From the IMG/VR virus record IMGVR_UViG_3300032236_001613, positions 186,001 to 250,000 of that record: a stretch of DNA of 64,000 bases, one strand, 5' to 3'. Both the position numbers and the translations under genes were made by a program. The notes below the pieces were generated by a model, which saw only the letters and a list, made by a program, of their open reading frames with translations, made no database searches and had not been told where the DNA came from. Positions 16,005-25,446 of this stretch are shown here, piece after piece. How positions within the stretch are numbered: position 1 is the first letter of the stretch; the number at the start of each line of letters is the position of its first letter.

Positions 16005-16250
16005 ATGAGTAAAGGAAGTAGAACTAGACCATTGTCGGTCACTAGAAAAACGTTCGATAGTAATTGGGATCGAATTTTTGGAAAAAAGGAATATGATATG
16101 CAAATTAAAGTAAAAGAAGGATCCTTAGGCAGTTGTCCTTGCGGACGCAGTCCGATTAATCGCTGTGTTGGATGGCACAATCTCAACGAAGAGCAGTTAG
16201 CCAAAGCAAAGGCCGATTATGCAGCTAAAGAAGCAAAGAAAACTGCATGA
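16005..16250 (+). CDS. CDGSH-like iron-sulfur domain protein
   Basis: CPCGRSPINRCVGWH. Confidence 0.65.
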   Translation: MSKGSRTRPLSVTRKTFDSNWDRIFGKKEYDMQIKVKEGSLGSCPCGRSPINRCVGWHNLNEEQLAKAKADYAAKEAKKTA

Positions 16251-16651
16251 TAGAAAAAGTTGTAGTTAACGGCACGTTTGATATACTGCACTTAGGGCAT
16301 ATTAGACTTTTAGAATATGCTCGTGAGCTTGGATGGTATTTACTTGTCTTAATTGATTCAGATCGTAGAGTACAAGAACTTAAAGGCCCTACACGGCCGG
16401 TTAACAATCAAGAAGAAAGAGCCGAAATGCTTCGTGCTATTAAGTATGTTGACGAAGTGCAAATTTTTGACAGTGATGATGAATTAAGAAACCTTATTAA
16501 AGAATATCAGCCGGATTTTATGGTTAAAGGTAGTGATTACAGAAATCGTCCTATTATAGGTAGCGAATATTGTAAGGAAATTAAGTTTTATGAGTATATG
16601 GAAGGCTATTCGACCACAAAAAAAATATCAAGTATTATTGATAGGCGATAG
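16247..16651 (+). CDS. ADP-heptose synthase adenylyltransferase domain (RfaE/HldE domain II)
   Basis: NGTFDILHLGH, LKGPTRP, VKGSDY, YSTT. Confidence 0.9.
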   Translation: MIEKVVVNGTFDILHLGHIRLLEYARELGWYLLVLIDSDRRVQELKGPTRPVNNQEERAEMLRAIKYVDEVQIFDSDDELRNLIKEYQPDFMVKGSDYRNRPIIGSEYCKEIKFYEYMEGYSTTKKISSIIDRR

Positions 16652-17384
16652 TTGTACTGACGTTTATCAATACGGAACTGTGGATAGAATTAGTCCAGAA
16701 GCACCTGTACCTATTTTTAAACATAGTCATACAGAAACTAGGCCAGGAATGGCAGCAAACGTACAGTTGAATCTTGAATCGTTTGGAATCGAAGTTACAG
16801 CATTGCTAGGGCCTGGATCAGTAAAGACTAGGCTAGTTGATCTTCGTAGTCGGCAACATGTTCTTAGAATCGATGATGATGCTAACGCCACTCCTATGTT
16901 ATTCGATTCTAAACTTGATCTAACACACTATCATGCGGTAGTGTTTAGTGATTACAATAAAGGATGGGTTAGTTACGAATTAGTTGAAGTAGTACGACAA
17001 AAGTTCGGTGGACCAATTTTTATTGATACTAAAAAACAAGATCTAGCAAAATTTTGGGACTGTTATGTTAAAGTTAACGAAACTGAGTACAATAACAGAT
17101 GGTCTATCAATAATAAATTAATTGTTACATTAGGTAATCGAGGTGCAGTTTATAAAGAACTTGGTCGCAAAGAAGTAGAATTTCCACCAGACACAGTCGA
17201 GGTAGTAGATGTATGTGGTGCTGGAGACACATTTTTAGCAGCCATAGTTGCAGAATACTTAAATAGTAGAGATATTAATAGTGCAATAAAGTTTGCTAAC
17301 CATGCTAGTGCTATAAGTGTACAGCATAGCGGAGTTTATGCATTAACTCGAGAAGATATTAAGAAGATTAAAAAGCGGGTATGA
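16590..17384 (+). CDS. Heptose-7-phosphate kinase domain (RfaE/HldE domain I, PfkB family)
   Basis: RISPEAPVP, SDYNKG, DVCGAGDTF. Confidence 0.9.
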   Translation: MSIWKAIRPQKKYQVLLIGDSCTDVYQYGTVDRISPEAPVPIFKHSHTETRPGMAANVQLNLESFGIEVTALLGPGSVKTRLVDLRSRQHVLRIDDDANATPMLFDSKLDLTHYHAVVFSDYNKGWVSYELVEVVRQKFGGPIFIDTKKQDLAKFWDCYVKVNETEYNNRWSINNKLIVTLGNRGAVYKELGRKEVEFPPDTVEVVDVCGAGDTFLAAIVAEYLNSRDINSAIKFANHASAISVQHSGVYALTREDIKKIKKRV

Positions 17385-17397
17385 TGTAATCGAACCT
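17375..17397 (+). pseudogene. 5' remnant of a tRNA-Gly-like gene
   Basis: GCGGGTA-TG-ATGT-AATCG-AACCT with no 3' half. Confidence 0.5.
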
Positions 17398-17431
17398 TTG
17401 ACTTATATAAATAAGTATATAGGAGTACGAT

Positions 17432-17914
17432 ATGAAATATTGCCCGAAGTGTAATAATGAACATAATAAACCTGGAATGTTTTGCTCAAGATCATGTGCA
17501 AATAGTCGTGTTTGGTCAGAAGAGACCAATTTAAAAAGATCAATAACATCAAAGGGTAATTCCCCGTGGAATAAAGGTATATCCACCGGAATTAACGAAG
17601 AAAGAAATAAAGTTATACGATTAGTTCGATTGGAAAAAAATAGAAATAAATTTTTAAACGGGTTGATAACCGAAAGATCGGCAATAAGGAAACATCTTAC
17701 AAGAGAACATGGTTATTTCTGTTCTATTTGTTCTATTTCAGAATGGCAAGGACAAAAAATTACATTACAAGTAGATCATATAGATGGAAACGCAGGAAAC
17801 AATTTACCTACAAATCTAAGATTAATTTGTCCGAATTGTCATAGTCAAACTAAAACATTTGGAGCAAGAAATAAAGGTTCAGGAAGAGCATCTAGAGGTC
17901 TTCCGTTAAGTTAA
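17432..17914 (+). CDS. HNH homing endonuclease with N-terminal zinc finger
   Basis: CPKC..FCSRSC, PWNKG, LQVDHIDGNAGNNLPTNLRLICPNCH. Confidence 0.9.
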   Translation: MKYCPKCNNEHNKPGMFCSRSCANSRVWSEETNLKRSITSKGNSPWNKGISTGINEERNKVIRLVRLEKNRNKFLNGLITERSAIRKHLTREHGYFCSICSISEWQGQKITLQVDHIDGNAGNNLPTNLRLICPNCHSQTKTFGARNKGSGRASRGLPLS

Positions 17915-17924
17915 ATAATATATC

Positions 17925-17999
17925 GCGGGATTAATTCAGTGGTAGAATGCAACTTTGCCAAAGTTGATGTCACCGGTTCGAGCCCGGTATCCCGCTCCA
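17925..17999 (+). tRNA. tRNA-Gly(GCC)
   Basis: CAACT-TTGCCAA-AGTTG, U73, CCA. Confidence 0.94.
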
Positions 18000-18014
18000 A
18001 CTTATAGGTGATTA

Positions 18015-18374
18015 ATGACACGATTAGAAGGATATGTTGAAAAAGGTTGGGGACATGAGTTAATTTGGGCCACCAACGACAAATACTGTGGTAAAATGAT
18101 GAAATTTAACAAGGATGCTAAATTCAGTATGCATTTCCACAGTGATAAAGACGAAACTTGGTATATTCTTGAAGGAAAATTTCTAGTAAGATGGATTGAT
18201 ACCAAGACTGCTAAAGTAAATGGAAAAGAATTAAATGCCGGTGATGTCTGGCACAATCCTCCATTACTACCGCACCAAGTATTATGTATGGAAGCAGGCA
18301 CTATTATTGAAGTTTCAACTCCGGATAGTGTTGAAGATAATTATCGAGTATTGCCTGGCGACAGTCAACGTTGA
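18015..18374 (+). CDS. Cupin (sugar isomerase-like) protein
   Basis: KGWGHE, SMHFH..KDETWY, PH, IEVSTPD. Confidence 0.8.
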   Translation: MTRLEGYVEKGWGHELIWATNDKYCGKMMKFNKDAKFSMHFHSDKDETWYILEGKFLVRWIDTKTAKVNGKELNAGDVWHNPPLLPHQVLCMEAGTIIEVSTPDSVEDNYRVLPGDSQR

Positions 18375-18380
18375 TCTTAG

Positions 18381-18412
18381 GGTCTACTATTTTAAGTAGT
18401 AGACCTTTTTTT
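18381..18412 (+). terminator. Intrinsic terminator
   Basis: GGTCTACTAT/GTAGTAGACC followed by T7. Confidence 0.85.
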
Positions 18413-18454
18413 ATGACTATTTTTTCTTAAATACTAAAATATTAAGGAATCCTT

Positions 18455-18613
18455 ATGACTAATCCGATTAATCCCGCACGTATTGCAACAGCTAAGAAAA
18501 AATCAAGATGTATGAAATCTAAAAACGGGAACCATCAATGGAAAGAAGTTGGTGAAATCCCTGGAGCACAGCAACAATGCGACTATTGTAATATTATCAT
18601 TAATTGGAAATAA
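18455..18613 (+). CDS. Small 52-aa putative zinc-binding protein (absent from the ORF track)
   Basis: AAGGA SD; C..H-W..CDYC pattern. Confidence 0.5.
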   Translation: MTNPINPARIATAKKKSRCMKSKNGNHQWKEVGEIPGAQQQCDYCNIIINWK

Positions 18614-18649
18614 TTTGACTTTCTAATAGATTGTTATTATAATAGTTGA

Positions 18650-19192
18650 ATGAAAACTTGGATCACTAGCGACCTTCATTTTGGGCACGAACGTATAAAG
18701 ATATTCTGCCCAAAAACTCGTGAACGCTTTACAGATGTGAAGCATATGAACGAAGCTATGATTTTAGAATGGAATGCTTTAGTGCAACCAGAAGATCTAG
18801 TCTACATATTAGGTGATTTTGCATTTACATCCACCCAAGATGCAGTTAAAATTCTTAAAAGGCTTAACGGAGATAAAATCCTTATTGAAGGAAATCATGA
18901 TCGTAAGCATCTAAAAGATACAAACTTTAGAAATTCTTTTAAAGAAATACACAAATATCTTGATATTGTGTATAATAAGACTAAAGTAGTAATGTTTCAT
19001 TATCCCATTGCAGAATGGGATCAAATGTTTAGAGGTAGTGTACATTTTTATGGGCATCTACACGGAAACTCTTCTGGGCTCGAACAATTTCGAGCTAGAG
19101 ATGTTGGCATGGATGCAACTGGTAATATTGTTACATTACTTGATCATGCTATTGCTGACGCACTAAAAGGTCAGCCTAAAAGCTCTCGCTAA
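18650..19192 (+). CDS. Calcineurin-like metallophosphoesterase
   Basis: SDLHFGH, LGD, GNHD, HYP, GHLH. Confidence 0.9.
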   Translation: MKTWITSDLHFGHERIKIFCPKTRERFTDVKHMNEAMILEWNALVQPEDLVYILGDFAFTSTQDAVKILKRLNGDKILIEGNHDRKHLKDTNFRNSFKEIHKYLDIVYNKTKVVMFHYPIAEWDQMFRGSVHFYGHLHGNSSGLEQFRARDVGMDATGNIVTLLDHAIADALKGQPKSSR

Positions 19193-19199
19193 GGTTAAT

Positions 19200-19406
19200 A
19201 TGACAGAATTAGAACAAGCCGAAGAATGTGTTAAACTAGCAAAAGATGCAATCGAATTTGTATTGCATTGTGCAAACGATGAGCGTAAACTTCTTAAAGA
19301 AAAGAATGTTAACGGGCACTATGTTAAAGCTCTTAACGAACTCAATGCAGTTAAAGCACACGCAGAAGCTAAGTTAAAAAGAGCACAAGCTCTAATAGCA
19401 CAATAA
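19200..19406 (+). CDS. Hypothetical helical protein
   Basis: ORF with AAGG SD. Confidence 0.5.
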   Translation: MTELEQAEECVKLAKDAIEFVLHCANDERKLLKEKNVNGHYVKALNELNAVKAHAEAKLKRAQALIAQ

Positions 19407-19416
19407 AAGGAAAAAT

Positions 19417-19638
19417 ATGGCTAAGAAACATAGAATTTTAAAAGAAGAATTGGACTACGTTTGCGCACAGCGTAACTTAACTCTAGTTCAAAAACAGTTG
19501 AGAACTTTAAAAGCTAAAGGAACCGCTACGGAGGAAGAGCTTGAACTTGCGCAGACTCGTGTAGATTTGTTTAAAGAAAAAGCTAAACAAGCTAACGAAA
19601 GTATTGCTCGGGCAGGATTAAGCAAAGGCGCAATTTGA
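19417..19638 (+). CDS. Hypothetical helical protein
   Basis: ORF with AAGGA SD. Confidence 0.5.
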   Translation: MAKKHRILKEELDYVCAQRNLTLVQKQLRTLKAKGTATEEELELAQTRVDLFKEKAKQANESIARAGLSKGAI

Positions 19639-19643
19639 CCTTT

Positions 19644-19752
19644 GCAGCCGTAAGCGAACGGAACTCGGCATAGCTCCTGGGTAGTCCGGACTACTTTAGG
19701 GAACGGGAGAATATAATTCCCCTTGTAGGTTCGAATCCTACCGGCTGCACCA
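19644..19752 (+). ncRNA. tRNA-Leu-like RNA lacking an anticodon loop
   Basis: GCAGCCG/CGGCTGC-A-CCA, canonical T arm, variable arm; anticodon arm ends in GTAGT-CCGG-ACTAC. Confidence 0.7.
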
Positions 19753-19826
19753 TTTTTTAAAGAATTATATACGTAGATAACGGTATTTTTAAAAATGATA
19801 ATTATAAAGTGTAGGAGATACTGCCT

Positions 19827-20561
19827 ATGACCAATATTAGATATTTTAATTGGTCTGCTCTAGATAGAAGCACTATAAAGTCTATACTCAAAAAAATCGG
19901 GCGAGAAGTTATCAATATTCCATTAACTCCGCTAGCTTTTACTAAAAAAATCAGAAAACAAATTAGAAATGCAGGAATTCCTGTAAAAGTAACTACTTCA
20001 TTCCGAGATGAAACAGACGAAAATTCGATCTGGGTAGCAGGATTATACGAAAGTTATAAAGATAAAAAAAATACCAAGTTTATAACACTAACTCTACAAT
20101 ATAATCCTAACGATAATAAAATTTATTGTTCCTATTTAAAATTTGATAAACTTTGTACAAATATTGCCGATACTTTATTACACGAAGTTATTCATGCACG
20201 TCAATATCGTAGACGTAATTATAAAACTATTGTTGGGTACGAAAGTTTTGCTGATTCAGGAAAACAAAGAATAGATCAAGAATATTTTGGACACGACGAC
20301 GAAATAGATGCATATGGGTTTAATATTGCATGTTCATTAACAGATCAATTCGCGTATAATCATAAAGAAATAATGAAATATTTAAATCAGGACTTAAGTG
20401 ACGATAGACTAAAAAGAAATTCATACAGAGATTATCTTAATGCGTTTGATCATAATCATAACCATCCTGTAATTAAAAAATTAAAGAAAAAAATTATTCA
20501 TTATCTTCCGTATGCTGAAATAGGAAAACCTTATAAAACATCTGACTGGTTAAAGAAGTAA
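19827..20561 (+). CDS. HExxH zinc-metallopeptidase-like protein
   Basis: LLHEVIHARQ...Y...DEIDAYG. Confidence 0.6.
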   Translation: MTNIRYFNWSALDRSTIKSILKKIGREVINIPLTPLAFTKKIRKQIRNAGIPVKVTTSFRDETDENSIWVAGLYESYKDKKNTKFITLTLQYNPNDNKIYCSYLKFDKLCTNIADTLLHEVIHARQYRRRNYKTIVGYESFADSGKQRIDQEYFGHDDEIDAYGFNIACSLTDQFAYNHKEIMKYLNQDLSDDRLKRNSYRDYLNAFDHNHNHPVIKKLKKKIIHYLPYAEIGKPYKTSDWLKK

Positions 20562-20642
20562 TTTTTTTGACTCAGAAATCGTAAACTGTGTAGTTAATTC
20601 AGATAATTAATAGACAATACCTACTATAAAAAAAGGACTAAC

Positions 20643-21428
20643 ATGATTAAAGGTAAACTTAATATTCCGACAAAGACTTCAGACCCTGTTGCTAACACTG
20701 CACCGAAACTTAATATTCCGAGACCATTATCGACTCCGGCAAATAATCCGGCACCTCCTGCTCAATCGCAAGGCGCTTATACTGCAGCACCTCCTCAAGG
20801 GCTCCCGCCGTCAATTATGATTGCTGTTCCTGCAATGGAAATGGTTAATGCAGAATTTGCACAACATTTAGCAATGGCTGCTGCTAATATGGTAGCTAAT
20901 GGTGTTAGAATTAATTGTGCATTTAATATCGGGTCGGTTATTACAATTGCTCGTCGAAATCTAGTTGATATATTTTTACAAAGCGATTTTGATTACATCT
21001 GGTGGGTTGATAGCGATATGAAGTTTCCTATCGATGCTCCTATGAGACTGCTAAGACGTAATGTTGAAATTGTTGGATGCAACTATCGACGACGTCGTTT
21101 TCCAAATGCTAATTTTACCGGCATGAGTGGTGGGCCAGGCACCTACACCGAGTTTGTAACTACAGATCGAAGTCCTCCAATGGAACTAATTGATGTTTTA
21201 CCGCATGGTTGTGTTCTAGTTAAGAGAGAAGTATATGAAAAGGTTGCTCAACCTCATTATTTACAAGATTACATTCCAGCAATGAATCTTGAAATTGGAG
21301 AAGATATTTACTTCTGTCAAAAAGCACAGTCAGCAGGATATAAAGTATGGTGTGATCAGGAATTGAGCCGTGAAATCGCTCATATTGGTATTTTTCATTT
21401 TAATTACAATTTAAGTGTCAACAAATAA
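20643..21428 (+). CDS. GT-A fold glycosyltransferase-like protein
   Basis: ARRNLV, WWVDSDM, GEDIYFC, HIG. Confidence 0.7.
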   Translation: MIKGKLNIPTKTSDPVANTAPKLNIPRPLSTPANNPAPPAQSQGAYTAAPPQGLPPSIMIAVPAMEMVNAEFAQHLAMAAANMVANGVRINCAFNIGSVITIARRNLVDIFLQSDFDYIWWVDSDMKFPIDAPMRLLRRNVEIVGCNYRRRRFPNANFTGMSGGPGTYTEFVTTDRSPPMELIDVLPHGCVLVKREVYEKVAQPHYLQDYIPAMNLEIGEDIYFCQKAQSAGYKVWCDQELSREIAHIGIFHFNYNLSVNK

Positions 21429-21444
21429 TTTAAAAGGTGGTATA

Positions 21445-21606
21445 ATGTTTGATAGCATTGAAATCCGTAAAGTAAAAAATGGCGTTATTGTTACTTTGCG
21501 CAATCTTGACGATGAAGACGACGAGTACGTTTACGATACAGATAGAAAAGCTATTAAGTTTGTTAAAGAACTTTTAGATCGTAAAAAAGAAAGTGGTGTA
21601 GAATGA
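21445..21606 (+). CDS. Small hypothetical protein
   Basis: AGGTGG SD before MFDSIEIRKVKNG. Confidence 0.55.
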   Translation: MFDSIEIRKVKNGVIVTLRNLDDEDDEYVYDTDRKAIKFVKELLDRKKESGVE

Positions 21607-21989
21607 TAAAAGAGTATAATATCAAAGATAGAGTATGGATTCATCTTGGTGAACAGTCTCTCGTAGAAGGTCGAGTTGTAGAAATTATCGACCTAGAACA
21701 CTTAGACGAGGGCTACACGAGAGAACAAGAGTTGTATGTAATTGAAATTTCTACACCGATCGAACCGGTATACGAAGTTAGAACATTTGAAGCAATTAGT
21801 CCAGATGCTGAAGGACCGATCACGCTCTATCGTAACTTACAAGGTGTTGTTGCTGCTAATAGACTGTTAAAAAAGGTGGGGGTGAAACTTCCTGATAATG
21901 CAGCAACAACACCTTCTTTTTCTGATGAAACTGCTACTAAAAAGCCAAAACATCGATACTATAAAAAGAAGAAACACTATCATCAATGA
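21603..21989 (+). CDS. Hypothetical protein
   Basis: ORF with ATGA overlap. Confidence 0.55.
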   Translation: MIKEYNIKDRVWIHLGEQSLVEGRVVEIIDLEHLDEGYTREQELYVIEISTPIEPVYEVRTFEAISPDAEGPITLYRNLQGVVAANRLLKKVGVKLPDNAATTPSFSDETATKKPKHRYYKKKKHYHQ

Positions 21990-22291
21990 ACAAAATAACT
22001 TATAAATTCGACGAAGAGAATAATAAGGTATTAGAGTTTAGAAAAGTAGTAGTTCATAAAATCAAAATAATAGGTGAATCTGCCGATCCGGAGATTGAAA
22101 TTGCTGCCCCTTTTTATGAGTGGCAGCAAACTCCTGCCGGACAATTTATAATGAAAAATGCAGTCGATATTAATTGGACGCATTATTTAGAATTTAACTC
22201 ATTCAGCTACATTTACTATGTAGTAGCCACACTCGAAGCAAAAAAACTAACCGAATATTACTTAAGATTTGACAATACCTTTGTTAAATAG
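21986..22291 (+). CDS. Hypothetical protein
   Basis: ORF with ATGA overlap. Confidence 0.55.
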   Translation: MNKITYKFDEENNKVLEFRKVVVHKIKIIGESADPEIEIAAPFYEWQQTPAGQFIMKNAVDINWTHYLEFNSFSYIYYVVATLEAKKLTEYYLRFDNTFVK

Positions 22292-22302
22292 TATTATTAA
22301 GT

Positions 22303-23145
22303 ATGGCATATCATTCAAATTACTGGAGTTGTTCATCTTTTGCTAACTGGCTCCGTGGCAGTATTAAGCCAGATTACTTTTCTAGCTCAGGATGGGCTAA
22401 CTGGAAGAAAGAAAGTTCTAGTAAACATCCTATACGCTATTGGTTAGCCGAAGAAGGATTAGACTATCTACAAGATTTTCTAACATGGCCACTTGAAAAA
22501 CTAAACAATATTAGATACTACGTAAATAATCGTTTTATTATTCGTAGTCATGCACTTACTTCGCATACAAAAGATTGCAAACGTGGAGAATACAATAACC
22601 TCGGTAATCGTATTCTTCCTTGCTTATTCAATGAACTAGTTAACTTTGTTGAGATTGAAACAGCTTGGCATCATATTGCATGTGATACAGAAGCTAGTAA
22701 ACGCTATCTACCACCCTTTTGGGCAAGAGGACGATTTAAAATTAGTGTATGGCGTTGCGCAGAAGCTGGATTAGAAAATCTTAATTGGCAAGCTAATCTT
22801 GTTTATAATGAAGATTGGGGTCTTTCTCCTGGAGATCCAACATACGGAACACCTACTGAACAAGCTATACGAGCAACAGAAATAATAGAATTATATCATT
22901 GGTGGAAGGAGGTTTACCCTAAACGTCCAGATCCACATGATTCTAGTGGATGGAGTAATTATTGCGCTGTAGTTTCAGCGGGTAGTAACGATTTTATGTC
23001 GATGTTCGAAAATCGTAGCGACGAAGATCGAGCAACATCTCGTGAGATATTAGATCGAACTGATAAAATTGAAGTTGCCTACGAAAAAGAAGACGAGGAA
23101 ATGATGATTCGTCTTATTAAAATTAGAAAATCTTTGTGGACCTAA
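22303..23145 (+). CDS. Trp-rich hypothetical phage protein
   Basis: Long ORF ending LIKIRKSLWT; promoter at 22269-22297. Confidence 0.65.
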   Translation: MAYHSNYWSCSSFANWLRGSIKPDYFSSSGWANWKKESSSKHPIRYWLAEEGLDYLQDFLTWPLEKLNNIRYYVNNRFIIRSHALTSHTKDCKRGEYNNLGNRILPCLFNELVNFVEIETAWHHIACDTEASKRYLPPFWARGRFKISVWRCAEAGLENLNWQANLVYNEDWGLSPGDPTYGTPTEQAIRATEIIELYHWWKEVYPKRPDPHDSSGWSNYCAVVSAGSNDFMSMFENRSDEDRATSREILDRTDKIEVAYEKEDEEMMIRLIKIRKSLWT

Positions 23146-23155
23146 GGAGTTTTTT

Positions 23156-23404
23156 ATGAGTAAAAATGAAAAAATATTGAAAGCTAACATTGATGGGAAA
23201 GAACAAGAAATTAAGCTTTCTTTTGAACCCGGATGTTTTGATGATTTCGAAGGTACACAAGAAGAGTTAGATGAATTTTTAGAAGAGCTCACTAAACAAA
23301 TTGCTAGTGGTGAATTTTTTGAAAATGCCGAAACTTTCGATGTCGATGAATTAGAAATTCAAGATATTATTTGTGAAGCTACAGAGAATAGAAAGTTGCA
23401 TTAA
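23156..23404 (+). CDS. Acidic hypothetical protein
   Basis: AAGGAG SD. Confidence 0.6.
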   Translation: MSKNEKILKANIDGKEQEIKLSFEPGCFDDFEGTQEELDEFLEELTKQIASGEFFENAETFDVDELEIQDIICEATENRKLH

Positions 23405-23811
23405 TGGTCGTTAAACGTACTAACATGGAAGAAGATATGCACAACGCAAGTTGGTTTGTGCTTAAAGTGCGTGAATCTGAAATTTATGCACAAAATCTCT
23501 ATGCCGCTATGTGTAATATGCAATTCCAAAAATTAGAAGTAATTCCAATTCTTAAAGAAGAACGGTGGAGTTGTAGTTGGAGATCTTCCGGCGGTATAGT
23601 TGCAGATCTTCGAGATGAAGGCGATTATATGAACTGGTATTGTTCAGGTATTGGTTCAGGCATTGAAGCCGGATCATTCTGCGATGATGACGAACTCAGT
23701 GTTCCTTATGGTGATAATATATCAGGATACGTTGCCGAAGGCACAGTTACAGAAGAAATACGACAAGATTTACGTAAATTAGGTTGGATTCCGATTCCTT
23801 ATAAAGATTGA
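23404..23811 (+). CDS. Conserved hypothetical protein
   Basis: YAQNLYAAMCN, SWRSSGGIVA, YMNWYCSG. Confidence 0.65.
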   Translation: MVVKRTNMEEDMHNASWFVLKVRESEIYAQNLYAAMCNMQFQKLEVIPILKEERWSCSWRSSGGIVADLRDEGDYMNWYCSGIGSGIEAGSFCDDDELSVPYGDNISGYVAEGTVTEEIRQDLRKLGWIPIPYKD

Positions 23812-23869
23812 CTTTTTTGGTAAAGTTTATTATAATAGTGTTTGTTTAATAACACTTTGGTGAAATAAT

Positions 23870-25039
23870 ATGGCCGCTAAGAAAGAAAAGAAGACTACTA
23901 CTCGTGGCAAAAAAGATCCCGCTCCTCAATGGGCAGGACACGAAGCATGGACTGCAGAACAGTTTACTAAACATTTTCATGCTGCGCAGCAGTATTATAA
24001 TATCGAAGATGCAGGTAAATCTGCTAAACAATATGTTATTAATTGGATGGGGCAGGCCGATTATACCAATGATGTAATTCGTGCATACAAAAAAACCAAA
24101 GATTGGCGTACTAGTACCTCAGTTGGCGGCATCGCTGCTAACCTTTTGAAAGGTATGCCTGCGACCTACCCTGGATTTAATAACAATCGTAATACTGAAA
24201 CTTGGCTTCGAGAGCAAATTTCGGAAATTATTAACGATGGTGAGCAAGATATTGATACGGAAATTGCTAAAGAAGCCAAAGCAGAATCTGCTCCTGTTCT
24301 AAACATTCAAGAACGTATCAGCGACCATGCTGGTACTATGTGTGACGAGATCGAAGAAGCTATTGATAATTTTATTATTAATCCGGATAAGTTCAATCCA
24401 GGCGATGTTAAAGTTGCTACTATGCTTCGTAGTAAGGGTGCAAAAGGCCCTCAAGCTCGTTATATTAAAGGTTTTTATGAATCTAACTATAACGATATTA
24501 ATTTGTTAGTTAATGGTGAAGCAGATGCTAACTTAAAAGAAGGATATCGACATCTTTCTAAGAAAAACATTAAAAAACTTTTTGAATTTTATGAGAATAT
24601 TCGTACTGCCTGCGATCAGATCATCGCCGAAGCTAAAGTACTTAAGAAACCACGAAAGAAGAAATTTAAGAGTGCCGAAGATTTAACTAAGAAAGTTAAG
24701 TTTAAGCTTAGTGATGATAAGCTTGGTATTGCTAGTATTCCAGCTTCACAGGTAGTAGGCGCACAACTAGTTGTTGTGTATAATACAAAGAATCGTAAAA
24801 TTGGGTATTATATTTCTAGTGGTATGGCTGGACTACATATTAAAGGTACTAGTATTACCGACTACAGTCCTAAGAGTGTTCAAAAGACTTTACGTAAGCC
24901 TCCTGAGCAGCTCAAGGAGTTTAAGGAACAAAATACACAGAAACGGTTTGAAACTTGGTTTAAAAATATTAAAACTACAGAAACCGAACTTAATGGTCGT
25001 TTAAATTCGGATATTATTATTTTAAAGGCATATAAATGA
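23870..25039 (+). CDS. Hypothetical phage protein
   Basis: 389-aa ORF behind TTGACT-N17-TATAAT (23808-23836). Confidence 0.7.
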   Translation: MAAKKEKKTTTRGKKDPAPQWAGHEAWTAEQFTKHFHAAQQYYNIEDAGKSAKQYVINWMGQADYTNDVIRAYKKTKDWRTSTSVGGIAANLLKGMPATYPGFNNNRNTETWLREQISEIINDGEQDIDTEIAKEAKAESAPVLNIQERISDHAGTMCDEIEEAIDNFIINPDKFNPGDVKVATMLRSKGAKGPQARYIKGFYESNYNDINLLVNGEADANLKEGYRHLSKKNIKKLFEFYENIRTACDQIIAEAKVLKKPRKKKFKSAEDLTKKVKFKLSDDKLGIASIPASQVVGAQLVVVYNTKNRKIGYYISSGMAGLHIKGTSITDYSPKSVQKTLRKPPEQLKEFKEQNTQKRFETWFKNIKTTETELNGRLNSDIIILKAYK

Positions 25040-25446
25040 AAGTAGGACTTAGCTATAGTCGTTGTATACTTGATATTGTCGAAGGACGAGTAAGCGAAGA
25101 CGATGTATTAGTTATTATTACTCGTACTAACTTCGATCCAACTAATGACAATGAATGGAATGAAATTTGGGGACATTATGTATTTTCAGAGTGGCACCAG
25201 TATGATTACTCCGACAAAGAGCATAACGAGTTATTTAGAAATGTAACTTTAAGTTTGCACAAGAATGGAAAATTGCACCAACCAAGAAAATTCGGCGTAC
25301 ATCCGCATCGAAGATCGGAATATTGGTTGGAGACTGTACTTGTTTCTACAGATTTAGAAAAAAATGAGGCAGCTAAAAAGGCGTGGAATAACTTTAAAGT
25401 GATAGCAGGGTTAACTAACATAAATTTAGATAAGGAATATAATTAA
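25036..25446 (+). CDS. Hypothetical protein
   Basis: Coupled [14 protein letters not shown]...GKLHQPR. Confidence 0.6.
   Translation: MKVGLSYSRCILDIVEGRVSEDDVLVIITRTNFDPTNDNEWNEIWGHYVFSEWHQYDYSDKEHNELFRNVTLSLHKNGKLHQPRKFGVHPHRRSEYWLETVLVSTDLEKNEAAKKAWNNFKVIAGLTNINLDKEYN

Noticed and set aside
8127-19752. tmRNA or HDV-like (theta) ribozymes at tRNA 3' ends
   Set aside because: I could not see a tag reading frame or an HDV-like nested double pseudoknot directly after any tRNA; a covariance search is needed to exclude them.
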